Positions 8,286 to 17,537 of a DNA stretch of 64,000 nt are shown in pieces. Location of the stretch: the NCBI GenBank assembly GCA_034421955.1, contig DAOUJZ010000044.1:2310-66309 (forward strand). Direction: 5' to 3'. Numbering within the stretch: the stretch's first letter is position 1; the number at the start of each line of letters is the position of its first letter. This DNA is from Dehalococcoidia bacterium (GTDB lineage: Bacteria; Chloroflexota; Dehalococcoidia; Lucifugimonadales; CATOSD01). The translations under genes and the position numbers were made by a program. The notes under the pieces are model-generated. The model was not told the DNA's origin. It saw nothing but the letters and a program-made list of their open reading frames with translations, and made no database searches.

Positions 8286-9245
8286 TTATGAGTATCTTAT
8301 TCGGGGGTCCAGCAGTGCGTATGCGATGTCCACCAGCAGGTTGAGCACCAGGAATATGAGCGTGAATGCCACCACTATGACCTGGAGCACGGGCTGGTCC
8401 AGCGAGCCGACCGCGTTGATGACCGGACGGCCGAGCCCCGGAATGTTGAAGACTATCTCGATGACGATCGTGCCGCCCAACAGGCCGCCGAGGAGCAGGC
8501 CGAGGATGGTCAGCACCGGCAGTACGGAGTTGCGGATCGCGTGACGGAATATGACCAGTCTTTCCGCGAGACCCTTCGCCCTGGCCGTGCGGACGTAGTC
8601 CTCGCGCATCACCTCCAGGAGCTGGGAGCGGGTCATGCGCATCGTGGTGCCCTGCGCGCTCAGTCCGAGAGCGAGCGCGGGGAAAATGAGCTGAGTGATA
8701 GAGGTCCTGGGGTCCTCCCAGAGGTTAACGAACTCGAGTGGAGGTATCCAGTTGAACCAGATGGACAAGGCGAGCAGTATGAGCAGCGCGAGCCAGAAGG
8801 TGGGCATGGCGAGGCCGAGTATGGCGAAGCCTCTGAAGATATAGTCCACCCAGGTGTCCTGCTTGACCGCCGCCAGCACACCTATGGGTATGCCAATGGT
8901 GGAGATCACGAAGAAGGAAAGCAGCGCGAGTTGGAGGGTTACCGGGTAGCGCCGCTTGAAGATGTCGGTGACTTTTTCGTTGGTCTGGAGAGAGCGCCCC
9001 CAGTCGAGCGTGATGATACCGTACGACCACTTGAAATACTGGACGTAGATAGGGTCGTTGAAGCCAAGCTGCTCCCTCATCGCCTCGTATTCTTCCACGG
9101 TGAAGGAACCTTCGTTGTCGGGCCCGGCGAGAATGAGCAGCACGGGGTCGCCCGGCACTATCCTGAGCATGGTGAAGATCATCACGCTCACCAGCACCAG
9201 CGTGGGTATGAAGAGGAGCAGGCGTCTCAGTATGTATTGCTGCAT
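8286..9245 (-). CDS. ABC transporter permease, peptide/nickel type (DppB/OppB-like)
   Basis: 319 aa. MQQYILRRLLLFIPTLVLVSVMIFTMLRIVPGDP is the typical DppB N-terminus, and the EAA loop is YVRTARAKGLAERLVIFRHAIRN. Confidence 0.85.
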   Translation of the reverse strand: MQQYILRRLLLFIPTLVLVSVMIFTMLRIVPGDPVLLILAGPDNEGSFTVEEYEAMREQLGFNDPIYVQYFKWSYGIITLDWGRSLQTNEKVTDIFKRRYPVTLQLALLSFFVISTIGIPIGVLAAVKQDTWVDYIFRGFAILGLAMPTFWLALLILLALSIWFNWIPPLEFVNLWEDPRTSITQLIFPALALGLSAQGTTMRMTRSQLLEVMREDYVRTARAKGLAERLVIFRHAIRNSVLPVLTILGLLLGGLLGGTIVIEIVFNIPGLGRPVINAVGSLDQPVLQVIVVAFTLIFLVLNLLVDIAYALLDPRIRYS

Positions 9246-9330
9246 CGCCCTAAGAAAGTCAGGCAGCCGCCCGCCAGTGCTCGGCGGGCGGCTGATGATT
9301 GGGGTTGCTTACTTGTTTAGAGGCCGCCGG

Positions 9331-11493
9331 CTAGCGGTTCGGTGCGCCGGCGTCCATATTCAGCCAGATGTGGTCCCAGCGGTAGGTGGACTGGTGGCTG
9401 AACTTGGGATGCACGTAGCCCACCATGTAGCTCCAGTTTATCTGGTTCAGCCTGGGACGAACGGTGCCCACGAATATCTGAGTGGCGAAGATGATGTCCG
9501 CCATCTCGCGCAGGTACACGCCGCGCTGAGCCTGGTCCAGCTCGACCTTCTGGAGTTCGTTCAGTTCCAGCCAGCGCTCGTTTTCCCACTTGGTCTTGTT
9601 GATGCCCGCGGTGGGGATGTAGAGCAGACCGTTGTAGGCGTCGGGGTCGTCGAACTCGGTGCCCTTGCTCTCGTGGTAGATCTGATAGTCCGTCCGGAGC
9701 GTCCTGTCGAGCCACACTGGGCCCGCCACGCGGTCGAACGAGACCTCTATCCAGGAGTCGTCAAGGCTGTCCGCCACCGTAACCTCGTCGCCCTCGTTTG
9801 TTCCGGCCATTATGCTGACCTGCAGCTTGTTGTCCTCACTGAAGCCCTTGGACTCCAGTATCCGCTTGGACTCCGCGAGATCTTCGTCAAAGCGGCCGTC
9901 GGGGAAGGAGCGGAAGCCAGGCCAGGTGTAGTACTCGTCGAACGAGTATATCCAGTCCCACAGGCCAAGGTACGGGCCGGCCAGTATGCCTACACCGTCG
10001 TGATGGATGGCATTGACCGCGTTACGGTCGATGGCCAAGTGGATCGCCTCGCGGATTTCGGGATCACTGAAGGGTTCAATCGTGTTATTGATCTGAATGC
10101 CGCGCTTGCCGGGCGCGACCACGCGGACGTAGGTTACATCGTCCCCGAACTCTTCCTTGATCTGGTCGGCCTGCGGCTTGCGAGGCGTGGAGAACGTGGG
10201 GAAGAAGTCCGCGCGCTTGGTCCTGAACGCCGCGATTCTGGCGCTGGCGTCCGACACTATCGCGAAGTTATAGCCGTCCAGGTATGGAAGGTCGGGGTCG
10301 GTCTCGTAGTAGTCCTCGAACCTGGTCGACTTGATTATGTTGTCCGGCACGTACTCGTTGAAGATGAAGGGCCCGATGCCGTCGACTTCTTCGACGTCCA
10401 GGTCACGCTGCGCTCCCGGCTCGTCCACGGGGGTCATGATGCCCTTGGGCTGGAGCAGCAGGTATGCCTGGCTGATGCACTTGAGGAAAGACGCCGCGGG
10501 CGCGGGTCCAGCCTCGGAGCCGGTGGTCATGATGACGGTGTGCGCGTCCGGCGCGGACACGTCAATGGTGGTGTTGCGGACGCAGCCGGCGCGGAGCATG
10601 CCCACGTCGTTGGGCTGGTTAAGCCAGCGCCAGACGTTGTAGCGCACGTCCTCAGCGTCGAACGTGTTCCCCTTGTGAGTGGTCAGGCCCTCTCGAATGT
10701 TGAAGGTCCACTGGGTGCCGTCATCGCTGACACTCCAGGACTCCGCCGCGTCACCGATGATCTTGTCACGGGACTGGGTGTCGACCTCGAGGATGTTCAG
10801 GTGGATGTTGGCGAACCACTGCATGGTGCCGATGCTGCGCACGCGGTGGAAGTCGATGGCCTGCAGGTTACCCGACTCCAGGGTGACCAGCGTGCCGCCG
10901 TGCACGGGGTCGCCCATGTCCATGGCGACAGGCGCGTCCAAGCGGACCTCGATGGATTCGGACACAGCGGCGATGATCTGGGCCTGCTGCGCCTCCATGG
11001 CCTGTGCGACTATCGCGGCGACCTGGTCCTCGGTTACACCGGGGCGCTCGGCCAGCGCCGCCGCAATAGCGTCGGCGACCTGGTCCTCGGTTACGCCGGG
11101 CTGTGCGCTGAGCGCCCGGGCTATCTCGTTGGCCACGTCCTGGGTGGTGACGCCGGGGCGCGCGTCCAGCGCGCTGGCGATGGCCGAGGCCACATCGTCG
11201 GACGTCACGCCGGGCCGTGCGCTAAGCGCCTTGGCTATCTCGTCGGCCACGTCCGCGGAGGTGAGACCCTCCTGCTGAGCCAAGGCCGACTGGATCGCAG
11301 CGGTGACGTCTTCAGTGGTGACTCCGGGCTGCTGGGCCTGCATCACCTGGTTGATTATCGCCGATACGTCTACCGGCGTCGGCGCGGGAGGCGCCTCTTC
11401 TTCCGCGGATGCACAGGCGACCGCGGCCAGCACTAGGGCGGCCACCGACGCGAGCATTGCGAAGACTAACAGTTTAGACCGTGCTCTCTTCAA
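9331..11493 (-). CDS. ABC transporter substrate-binding protein (family 5, peptide type) with N-terminal repeat domain
   Basis: I set the start at TTG 11493 (GGAGGA RBS). This gives MKRARSKLLVFAMLASVAALVLAAVAC, a signal peptide with Cys. Then come six or seven 18-20 aa repeats, followed by an SBP_bac_5-like body (...GTLVTLESGNLQAIDFHR...FNEYVPD...). Confidence 0.8.
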   Translation of the reverse strand: MKRARSKLLVFAMLASVAALVLAAVACASAEEEAPPAPTPVDVSAIINQVMQAQQPGVTTEDVTAAIQSALAQQEGLTSADVADEIAKALSARPGVTSDDVASAIASALDARPGVTTQDVANEIARALSAQPGVTEDQVADAIAAALAERPGVTEDQVAAIVAQAMEAQQAQIIAAVSESIEVRLDAPVAMDMGDPVHGGTLVTLESGNLQAIDFHRVRSIGTMQWFANIHLNILEVDTQSRDKIIGDAAESWSVSDDGTQWTFNIREGLTTHKGNTFDAEDVRYNVWRWLNQPNDVGMLRAGCVRNTTIDVSAPDAHTVIMTTGSEAGPAPAASFLKCISQAYLLLQPKGIMTPVDEPGAQRDLDVEEVDGIGPFIFNEYVPDNIIKSTRFEDYYETDPDLPYLDGYNFAIVSDASARIAAFRTKRADFFPTFSTPRKPQADQIKEEFGDDVTYVRVVAPGKRGIQINNTIEPFSDPEIREAIHLAIDRNAVNAIHHDGVGILAGPYLGLWDWIYSFDEYYTWPGFRSFPDGRFDEDLAESKRILESKGFSEDNKLQVSIMAGTNEGDEVTVADSLDDSWIEVSFDRVAGPVWLDRTLRTDYQIYHESKGTEFDDPDAYNGLLYIPTAGINKTKWENERWLELNELQKVELDQAQRGVYLREMADIIFATQIFVGTVRPRLNQINWSYMVGYVHPKFSHQSTYRWDHIWLNMDAGAPNR
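10984..11373 (-). repeat. In-frame tandem repeat (about 57 nt / 19 aa unit) inside the binding-protein gene
   Basis: PGVTTEDVTAAIQSALAQQE / GLTSADVADEIAKALSAR / PGVTSDDVASAIASALDAR / PGVTTQDVANEIARALSAQ / PGVTEDQVADAIAAALAER / PGVTEDQVAAIVAQAMEAQQ, preceded by a degenerate unit VDVSAIINQVMQAQQ. Confidence 0.85.
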
Positions 11494-11740
11494 TTTGTCC
11501 TCCTGTCCGGTTACGGTTTCAGAACGGAGGCATCCCTTACGCCCACCCCTCCTGGGCTGTCTCAAGACGCGGCCAAGCGGCCTTCCCCCGTCGACCAGAA
11601 GACGATTGGGGGAACGTTAGCAACGATTAGAGGCGATGTCAAGACATGGCGAGCCGGCGCCGTAAAGCGGATTCGATTCTTCTCGCGGCGTACGTGGTAA
11701 AATTCGACGGAAGGACTACCACCGAGGAGGTGACCACACG

Positions 11741-12640
11741 ATGCCTACCCCAAAACTGGACAAGGTGCTGCACATGCTGGAGATGCGGCGGCAGGCCGTC
11801 GGCGGGGCACCCCCCGGCGTCGGCCAACGCCGGGCGGGTATGGACGCGTTCTTCGGCTCGCTTGGCACGACCCCGGGCGTGTCCACGGAGGAGGTGGACG
11901 CTGGCGGCGTGCCGGCCGAGTGGGTGTCCGCCCCCGGCGCGAGCGCCGACCGCGCGGTGCTGTATCTCCACGGCGGCGGCTACAACGCCGGTTCCCCGGC
12001 CAGCCATCGCGAGCTCGCGAGGCGTCTGTCGGGGGCCGCGAGAGCGCGTGTCCTGGTGCTCGACTACCGGCTCGCCCCGGAGCATCCGTTTCCGGCCGCG
12101 GTGGACGACGCCACGGCGGCGTACCGCTGGCTGCTGACGCAGGGCGTCGACCCTGAGCGAACGGCGATCGGTGGCGACTCGGCGGGCGGCGGTCTGACGG
12201 TGGCGGCGATGGTGGCGCTGCGCGACGCGGGGGACCCGCTGCCGGCGGCGGGCGCGTGCCTGTCGCCCTGGGTGGACATGGAGGCGTCGGGCGAGTCCAT
12301 GACGACGCGGGCCAAGCGGGACCCGATGGTGGGGCGCGATGGCCTGCTGGATTCGGCGGCCGCGTACCTGGCGGGCGCGGACACACGAACGCCGCTGGCC
12401 GCGCCCATATACGCCGACCTGCGGGGGCTGCCGCCGCTGCTGATACAGGTGGGCACGTCGGAGACGCTGTACGACGACTCCACGCGGCTGGACGAGCGGG
12501 CGCGTGCCGCCGGCGTGGATGCGACGCTCCAGGTCTGGGAGGAGATGGTGCACGTGTGGCACCTGTTCGCGCCGATACTGCCCGAGGGCCAGCAGGGCAT
12601 CGAGGCCATCGGCGAGTTCCTCAAGGACCGGTGGCAGTGA
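11741..12640 (+). CDS. Alpha/beta hydrolase (esterase/lipase, HSL-like fold-3 family)
   Basis: 299 aa with the HGGG oxyanion motif (VLYLHGGGYN) and nucleophile elbow GDSAGGG. GAGGAGGTG RBS precedes the ATG. Confidence 0.85.
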   Translation: MPTPKLDKVLHMLEMRRQAVGGAPPGVGQRRAGMDAFFGSLGTTPGVSTEEVDAGGVPAEWVSAPGASADRAVLYLHGGGYNAGSPASHRELARRLSGAARARVLVLDYRLAPEHPFPAAVDDATAAYRWLLTQGVDPERTAIGGDSAGGGLTVAAMVALRDAGDPLPAAGACLSPWVDMEASGESMTTRAKRDPMVGRDGLLDSAAAYLAGADTRTPLAAPIYADLRGLPPLLIQVGTSETLYDDSTRLDERARAAGVDATLQVWEEMVHVWHLFAPILPEGQQGIEAIGEFLKDRWQ

Positions 12641-13824
12641 TCGCCAGGCTTTCGTCGTTGGCGGCGCTGGCCTGCGCGCTTGCGCTGCTGGCGGCGTGCT
12701 CCACGGACGGCGGAGCGCCGGAGACGACTCCCACCGGCGCCAGCGTAGCCCCGAGTGCCGCAGCGCCGGCGAACGGAGACCTGCCTCCCGCGCGCCTCGG
12801 TCCCGCCCAGGAGCCGTCCAAGCCGAGCGGCGGCGCTCAGCCGAGCGCGACGCGCAAGCGCCCGACGCCCACGCCGCAGCCGGACGCCGGCGAGCTGGTG
12901 ATTCGCACCGTGCTGCCGTTCGACGCCATCCCCTCCATCGACGACCCCGAGTTCCTCGACGTCGAGCAGGCGTCCGAGCTGATGAGCGACGGCCACCTTA
13001 TCATCGGGCTGTCGGTAGGAGACGACCACAGGGCCTACTCCACCGCGTTCCTGAGCGGACACGAAATCGTGAACGACACGGTGGGAGGTGAGCCGGTGGC
13101 CGTGACGTGGTGACCGCTCTGCTTCACGGGCATAGTGTATGCCCGCACGGTGAAGGCGGAGACGCTGACGTTCGGGGTGTCCGGCAAGCTCATCATGAAC
13201 GCGCTGGTAATGTACGACAGGGAGACGGAGACGCTGTGGAGCCAGTTCCTGGGCGAAGGTGTGGAAGGGCCGCTGCTGGGGGAGCGGCTGACGCTGGTGC
13301 CGTCCCGGCTGACCACCTGGGGCGACTGGAAGGCGGAGCACCCGGACACGCTGGCGTTGGATACGGGAAGCGGACTCTATGACCCGTACGCGAGCTACTA
13401 CATCAGCGGCAGGACGGGCATCATGCCCGAGGCGAACAGCGACGAGCGGCTGTCCATCAAGGAGCTCGTGCTGGGCCTGGTAGGCGACAGCTCACAGCGG
13501 GCCTACGCTCACGCCGATCTGGACAGCGCCCAGGTGGTGAACGACGTGTTCGAGGGCGCGGAGATCGTGGTGGTGCGAGACGACGCCAGCCGCTCGGTGG
13601 GCGCGTTCGGCCGGCGGCTAGGCGACCGCGTGCTGACGTTCGATCAGGGGGACGCCCCGGACGAGATGGTGGACTCCGAGACCGGCTCGACGTGGAGCAA
13701 GCTGACCGGCGTGGCCGTCGCGGGCGAGCTGGAGGGCGAGCGGCTGGAGGACTACCCGTCGTTCAACGCGTTCTGGTTCGGCTGGAGCGACTACTACCCT
13801 GATTCGGAGTTGTGGGAGCCGTAG
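12637..13824 (+). CDS. DUF3179-family lipoprotein with in-frame TGA (13111-13113) at the CxxC cysteine position; candidate selenoprotein (or pseudogene)
   Basis: GTG 12637 overlaps the hydrolase stop (GTGA). The lipobox is LALLAAC. ORFs 12256..13113 and 13135..13824 share a frame, and the joined sequence reads HEIVNDTVGGEPVAVTW-TGA-PLCFTGIVY...FGVSGKL...MYDRETETLWSQ, which is the DUF3179 pattern. Confidence 0.6.
13123..13154 (+). promoter_or_regulatory. SECIS-like stem-loop downstream of the in-frame UGA
   Basis: The structure is TTCAC GGGCAT AGTGT ATGCCC GCACG GTGAA. Lower stem is 5 bp, the 3' bulge is 5 nt, the upper stem is 6 bp and the apical loop is AGUGU. It starts 10 nt after the UGA. 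Confidence 0.45.
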
Positions 13825-13830
13825 GGCGGG

Positions 13831-13870
13831 TCACCCCCATCCTAACCTTCCCCCTCGCAGGGGGAAGGGA
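13831..13870. repeat. REP-like intergenic hairpin element, copy 2
   Basis: TCACCCCCATCCTAACCTTCCCCCTCGCAGGGGGAAGGGA lies between convergent genes. It has a perfect stem CCTTCCCCC/GGGGGAAGG. Confidence 0.7.
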
Positions 13871-13879
13871 TCCGATTAT

Positions 13880-14746
13880 TCAGCCGCCCACCTGTTCCTT
13901 GAAGCGGCGGATGGCGTCGATGTGGTCGGCGGGCGTGGACAGCCCGGCGTTCATGGTGTTGACCGATATGTGCGTCGCGCCCAGTTCTCGCCAGCTTTCG
14001 ACGGCGGCGGCCCAATCGTCGGGGGAGCCGCGACCTATCGACACCCAGCTCTCGATGCCGATGGAGTCGGGGTCGCGGCCGGCGGCGCTCGTCTGCTCGC
14101 GCATGTCGTCTATGAGCGCGCGGCCCTCATCGTCGGGCGGGAACAGCGGGAACCAGCCGTCGCCCATGCGCGCGATGCGGCTGATGGTCTGGGGCGCGCG
14201 GCCTCCGAACCACACGGGTATGGGGCGCTGAACGGGCAGCGGGTTGATGCCGGCGTCGGTGATCTTGTGCCAGCGGCCCTCGAACGTGACAAGCTCCTCG
14301 GTCCAGAGGCGGCGCATCAGCTCGATCTGCTCCTCGGAGCGCATGCCCCTGTCACCGAAATTCTCGCCCAGCGCCTCGTACTCCACCGCGTTCCAGCCCA
14401 CTCCGATGCCCAGGCGCAGCCGTCCGCCGCTCAGCACGTCCACCGCGGCGGTCTGCTTGGCGACGAGCGCGGTCTGGCGCTGGGGCAGGATGATGACGCC
14501 GGTGACGAGCTCGATGCGCTCGGTGACGCCGGCGAGGTAGCCGAACAGGACGAACGGCTCGTGGAACTGGTCGGTGTGGCGGTAGGCGCCGCTCCAGCCG
14601 GGGCGGCTGTCGGCGTTCGCGCCGAGCACGTGGTCGAACGCGAGCAGGTGGTTGTAGCCGAGCGACTCGGCGGCTTGCGCGTACTCCTTGACGGCTGCGG
14701 GGTCGGAGGTTATCTCGGTCTGGGGGAAGACTACGCCTAGTTTCAT
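13880..14746 (-). CDS. LLM-class (luciferase-like) F420-dependent oxidoreductase
   Basis: I set the start at MKLGVVFPQ (ATG 14746). The patterns ...GYNHLLAFDHV..., IILPQRQTALVAKQTAAVDVLSGGRLRLGIGVGW and ...WFGG are typical of LLM/F420 enzymes. Confidence 0.8.
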   Translation of the reverse strand: MKLGVVFPQTEITSDPAAVKEYAQAAESLGYNHLLAFDHVLGANADSRPGWSGAYRHTDQFHEPFVLFGYLAGVTERIELVTGVIILPQRQTALVAKQTAAVDVLSGGRLRLGIGVGWNAVEYEALGENFGDRGMRSEEQIELMRRLWTEELVTFEGRWHKITDAGINPLPVQRPIPVWFGGRAPQTISRIARMGDGWFPLFPPDDEGRALIDDMREQTSAAGRDPDSIGIESWVSIGRGSPDDWAAAVESWRELGATHISVNTMNAGLSTPADHIDAIRRFKEQVGG

Positions 14747-15169
14747 GGTGGGGGACTCCTTTACTTGTGCAACACTCTCAGCCACACTCAGAAGCGGTTC
14801 GAATGTAACCGTCCCGTGGTGGCTGAGGGACAGTGTACTACAAGGGGCTGGGCGCCGGAGGGCCAGGCAGTTGGACAGAGAATCAGGCCCTCAGTCCTTG
14901 AAAATGAACTCCCTGTGATAGGCCAGGAACTCAGGATCAGGCGAGAACTTCTCGGGAAGGTCGATCTGCTGCCCGTGGTGGCGGCCTATGGCTTCTGAGA
15001 AATACCTGTCGAACCTCAAGGTTGGGGCCGAGTGGACGGTAGATGGCAACGTATTCGAGATGTGGCTAGAGGCTTTGTAAACCCGACTAGGGCGTGTTCA
15101 CACTAACAGTGCGTCGAATATTAGAGCCACCGTGATGAATCCTAATCGGAATGAAAAAAGCCCTGTGAA

Positions 15170-15895
15170 TCAGTCCAAGAGTGCTCGCGTTGCAATCTCA
15201 ATTTGCTCGACGAATGACGCCTCATGGCGCAGCTGTTCATCAATGTCCTTATGGCGAGGACTGTCGCTGACTATGTGTATGCTCGCCGCTTGCACACCCG
15301 ATCGATTTGCCACCGCGTAAAGACACGCAGTCTCAAGATCAATGGCGTAGTAGCCATCTCTCGCGAAGGATTCAACCATGACATCGTTCTCGAGCATGAG
15401 AGTATCGATGCTCACTATGGGCCCTACAGAGTATGTTGCGCTGCAGCGATCTAGGTTGCCGCAAAGTTTCGACATGAGCGATTCTGATGAACGGGCCAAC
15501 CCGTTGTTCGGTGAGTAGCTTCGTGTGCAGCCGTCTAAACCATTTGCACTCGACGGCACCAGATAGCTACCGACCCCTAAATCTTCAGCGACGCCTCCAA
15601 CATAGCCACAAGCAATGATTTTCTTCACTCCCAGAAGCGCAGCGACTTCTGTGTACATTGCCACAATCGGCGCGCCGAAAAGCGGTCGGCAGAAGGTGAG
15701 TGGGTTGCCCTTGAATCGCCCCCTGAAGAACACTCCCGATGACTCTATTCCCTCGAAGATGGCAGTGAATTGGTCCTCCTGAAACAGGTCCGGATTCCCA
15801 AACAGCATGAGCATTTCCGGCTCCAGCGAAAGGCCATCGTCTCCCTTGGAGAGCCAGTTCACGGCAACTTGCCTAATGTGTTCCTGCCAATCCAT
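15170..15895 (-). CDS. Nucleoside phosphorylase-family protein (PNP_UDP_1-like)
   Basis: 241 aa. The pattern ...FGAPIVAMYTEVAALLGVKKIIACGYVGGV...GSYLVPSSA...VSIDTLMLE...YAIDLETACLYAVA resembles purine/uridine phosphorylases. It lies in a visibly AT-richer segment. Confidence 0.55.
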   Translation of the reverse strand: MDWQEHIRQVAVNWLSKGDDGLSLEPEMLMLFGNPDLFQEDQFTAIFEGIESSGVFFRGRFKGNPLTFCRPLFGAPIVAMYTEVAALLGVKKIIACGYVGGVAEDLGVGSYLVPSSANGLDGCTRSYSPNNGLARSSESLMSKLCGNLDRCSATYSVGPIVSIDTLMLENDVMVESFARDGYYAIDLETACLYAVANRSGVQAASIHIVSDSPRHKDIDEQLRHEASFVEQIEIATRALLD

Positions 15896-16044
15896 ATTCT
15901 ATCCAAACCTTTTGTAACTAGTAATGGATACCTTTGGCCATTCTACATTATCGAATGAGCCGCGTGTTCACCCAAGGCTTCCTTGGATTCAACTTTGCCG
16001 CCTATCTCGGGTGGGTCCTTGCCACCATTGATGGGTGAGGGGCA

Positions 16045-16353
16045 ATGGAATCAGGATCCCAAGCCAAACGCGCTGGAAGAGGGCCTCAATCCATCGGCAA
16101 GTCCCGAGGGGGATGGACCACCAAGATTCATATGGTTGCCGCGAATGCTCGGACAGCCATGACCTTCTCCCTATCTCTTGGACAGACTCACGACGCGCCT
16201 GAAGAGCGCAAGCTTCTCAACCGCCTTGGACCACAGCAGGATTCAAGGAATTCATATGGCAATCGCATTGCTAATGCGCTTCAACTATCTTCACGCAACG
16301 AAGAGTTGTGCAAAATACCACCGCCGTTGACAGGGGCAAAGACGCGGGGATAG
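16045..16353 (+). pseudogene. IS5-family transposase fragment
   Basis: GPQSIGKSRGGWTTKIHMVAANARTAMTFSLSLGQTHDAPEERKLL matches the central DDE_Tnp_1 region of IS5-type transposases (sRGGltTKIH...GQ.HD). It is only about 100 aa, with no N- or C-terminal parts and no inverted repeats seen. Confidence 0.6.
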
Positions 16354-16591
16354 CCTACAAGGCAACACAATCGAGAGGAGGGACTGGGATGACGGGGGAA
16401 CAGGGGCAACAGTTAATGAGGGAGTAGGCGCCATAAAGGAGCTCCTTCCGCGCGACGACGAAAGGCTCGGCCGCATGGCAGCATCCTTGGAGAATATCGA
16501 GGGGAATACGAGGGGCATAGAGAGCGCGGTGTCGATGCGGCGCTAGGGAAGAGGGGCGCCCTGCAATCGACACAGGCGAAAATCGAATTCA

Positions 16592-17280
16592 ATGAAAACA
16601 CCAGCCATTGCCAATCTCATCGCTCTCGGAGAAGGATTTACTACCGAGTTTAAGCGGTCCATACCTTCTGACCTCGGCAGGGAGATATGCGCCTTTGCCA
16701 ACGCCTCCGGCGGGGTGATACCGATCGGGGTTGACGATGCCGGAACCGTGGTTGGCGCGGGAGATCACAACCGGCTGAAGTCCCAGGTTCAGAGCATTGC
16801 GCGTTCGTCGGACCCACCCGTGGCCGTTGAGGTGGAGATCGTGACGCCGGGCGGGCTGCCCGCCGGGATGCGTGAGGAAGACCAGGTAGCAAGAGTGTCC
16901 CGCGAAACCCCTTGCTCTTCAGTATGCTCTACCGGATGAGGCTAGTGGAGCAGATCGGCAGTGGCATCCGCCGCATTCACGACGCCTGCCTGGAACATGG
17001 CGTCGCGGAACCAGCCATACAGGTGTCCCCCGATTGGCTGACGATAACCTTCCCGCGTCAAGAAGTGGCAGTCACCCCACATGTGACCCACCATGTAAAA
17101 CGGCTCATCGCGGCTTTGCACGGAGAGATGGGCCGGGTGGAGCTTATGGACGCTCTCGGTTTGACAGACCGCGGACACTTTGCCAGCGCCTACCTGCAAC
17201 CCGGCGTTGAGGCGGGCCTCCGACCTGCCGTTCGAGGAATCCGGGCGTTCGCCCGCACCCGTAGCCCCGAACGCTCTTGA
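16592..17280 (+). pseudogene. Decayed AlbA_2 / HATPase_c_4 (Schlafen-like, RecG-related) regulator gene
   Basis: The N-terminus GEGFTTEFKRSIP...ICAFANASGGVIPIGVDDAGTVVG is an AlbA_2 domain. It then jumps to PGGLPAGM, and after a frameshift reads (S)RNPLLFSMLYRMRLVEQIGSGIRRI...EPAIQV. That implies an internal deletion plus a frameshift. Confidence 0.6.
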
Positions 17281-17537
17281 TTCTATAGCACGCACGTGCT
17301 ATTGTCTTCCTGAACAAACGCTGTGGCAGACCGTTCGCGGCGTCAGAGAGGCAGAGTCGGGCCCAGGACCACCCCCGCACTCCTGCGACATTCTGCGCCA
17401 CGCCTGCGCCAAATCTAACGCCGGTGTACCGCGAATGAACACAAAGAGGACAGGCCGCCCAGCTACGAATTGGACAGGATGTAGCAGAATTGAGCAGATT
17501 TTTTCGGACAGCCCCGCCCAGAGGCTCACGCCAGAGG

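Noticed and set aside
10984-11373. Possible CRISPR-like periodic repeats here and in the PT-rich tracts at about 56450-56720 and about 60180-60620.
   Set aside because: There is no repeat-spacer organisation. The periodicity is in frame within long ORFs and encodes amino-acid repeats or low-complexity linkers. No cas genes are present.
7307-11493. ABC importer without ATPase genes as an anomaly.
   Set aside because: Peptide-type importers often have their ATPase genes elsewhere or shared. Absence from this window is weak evidence, so I did not raise it as a finding.
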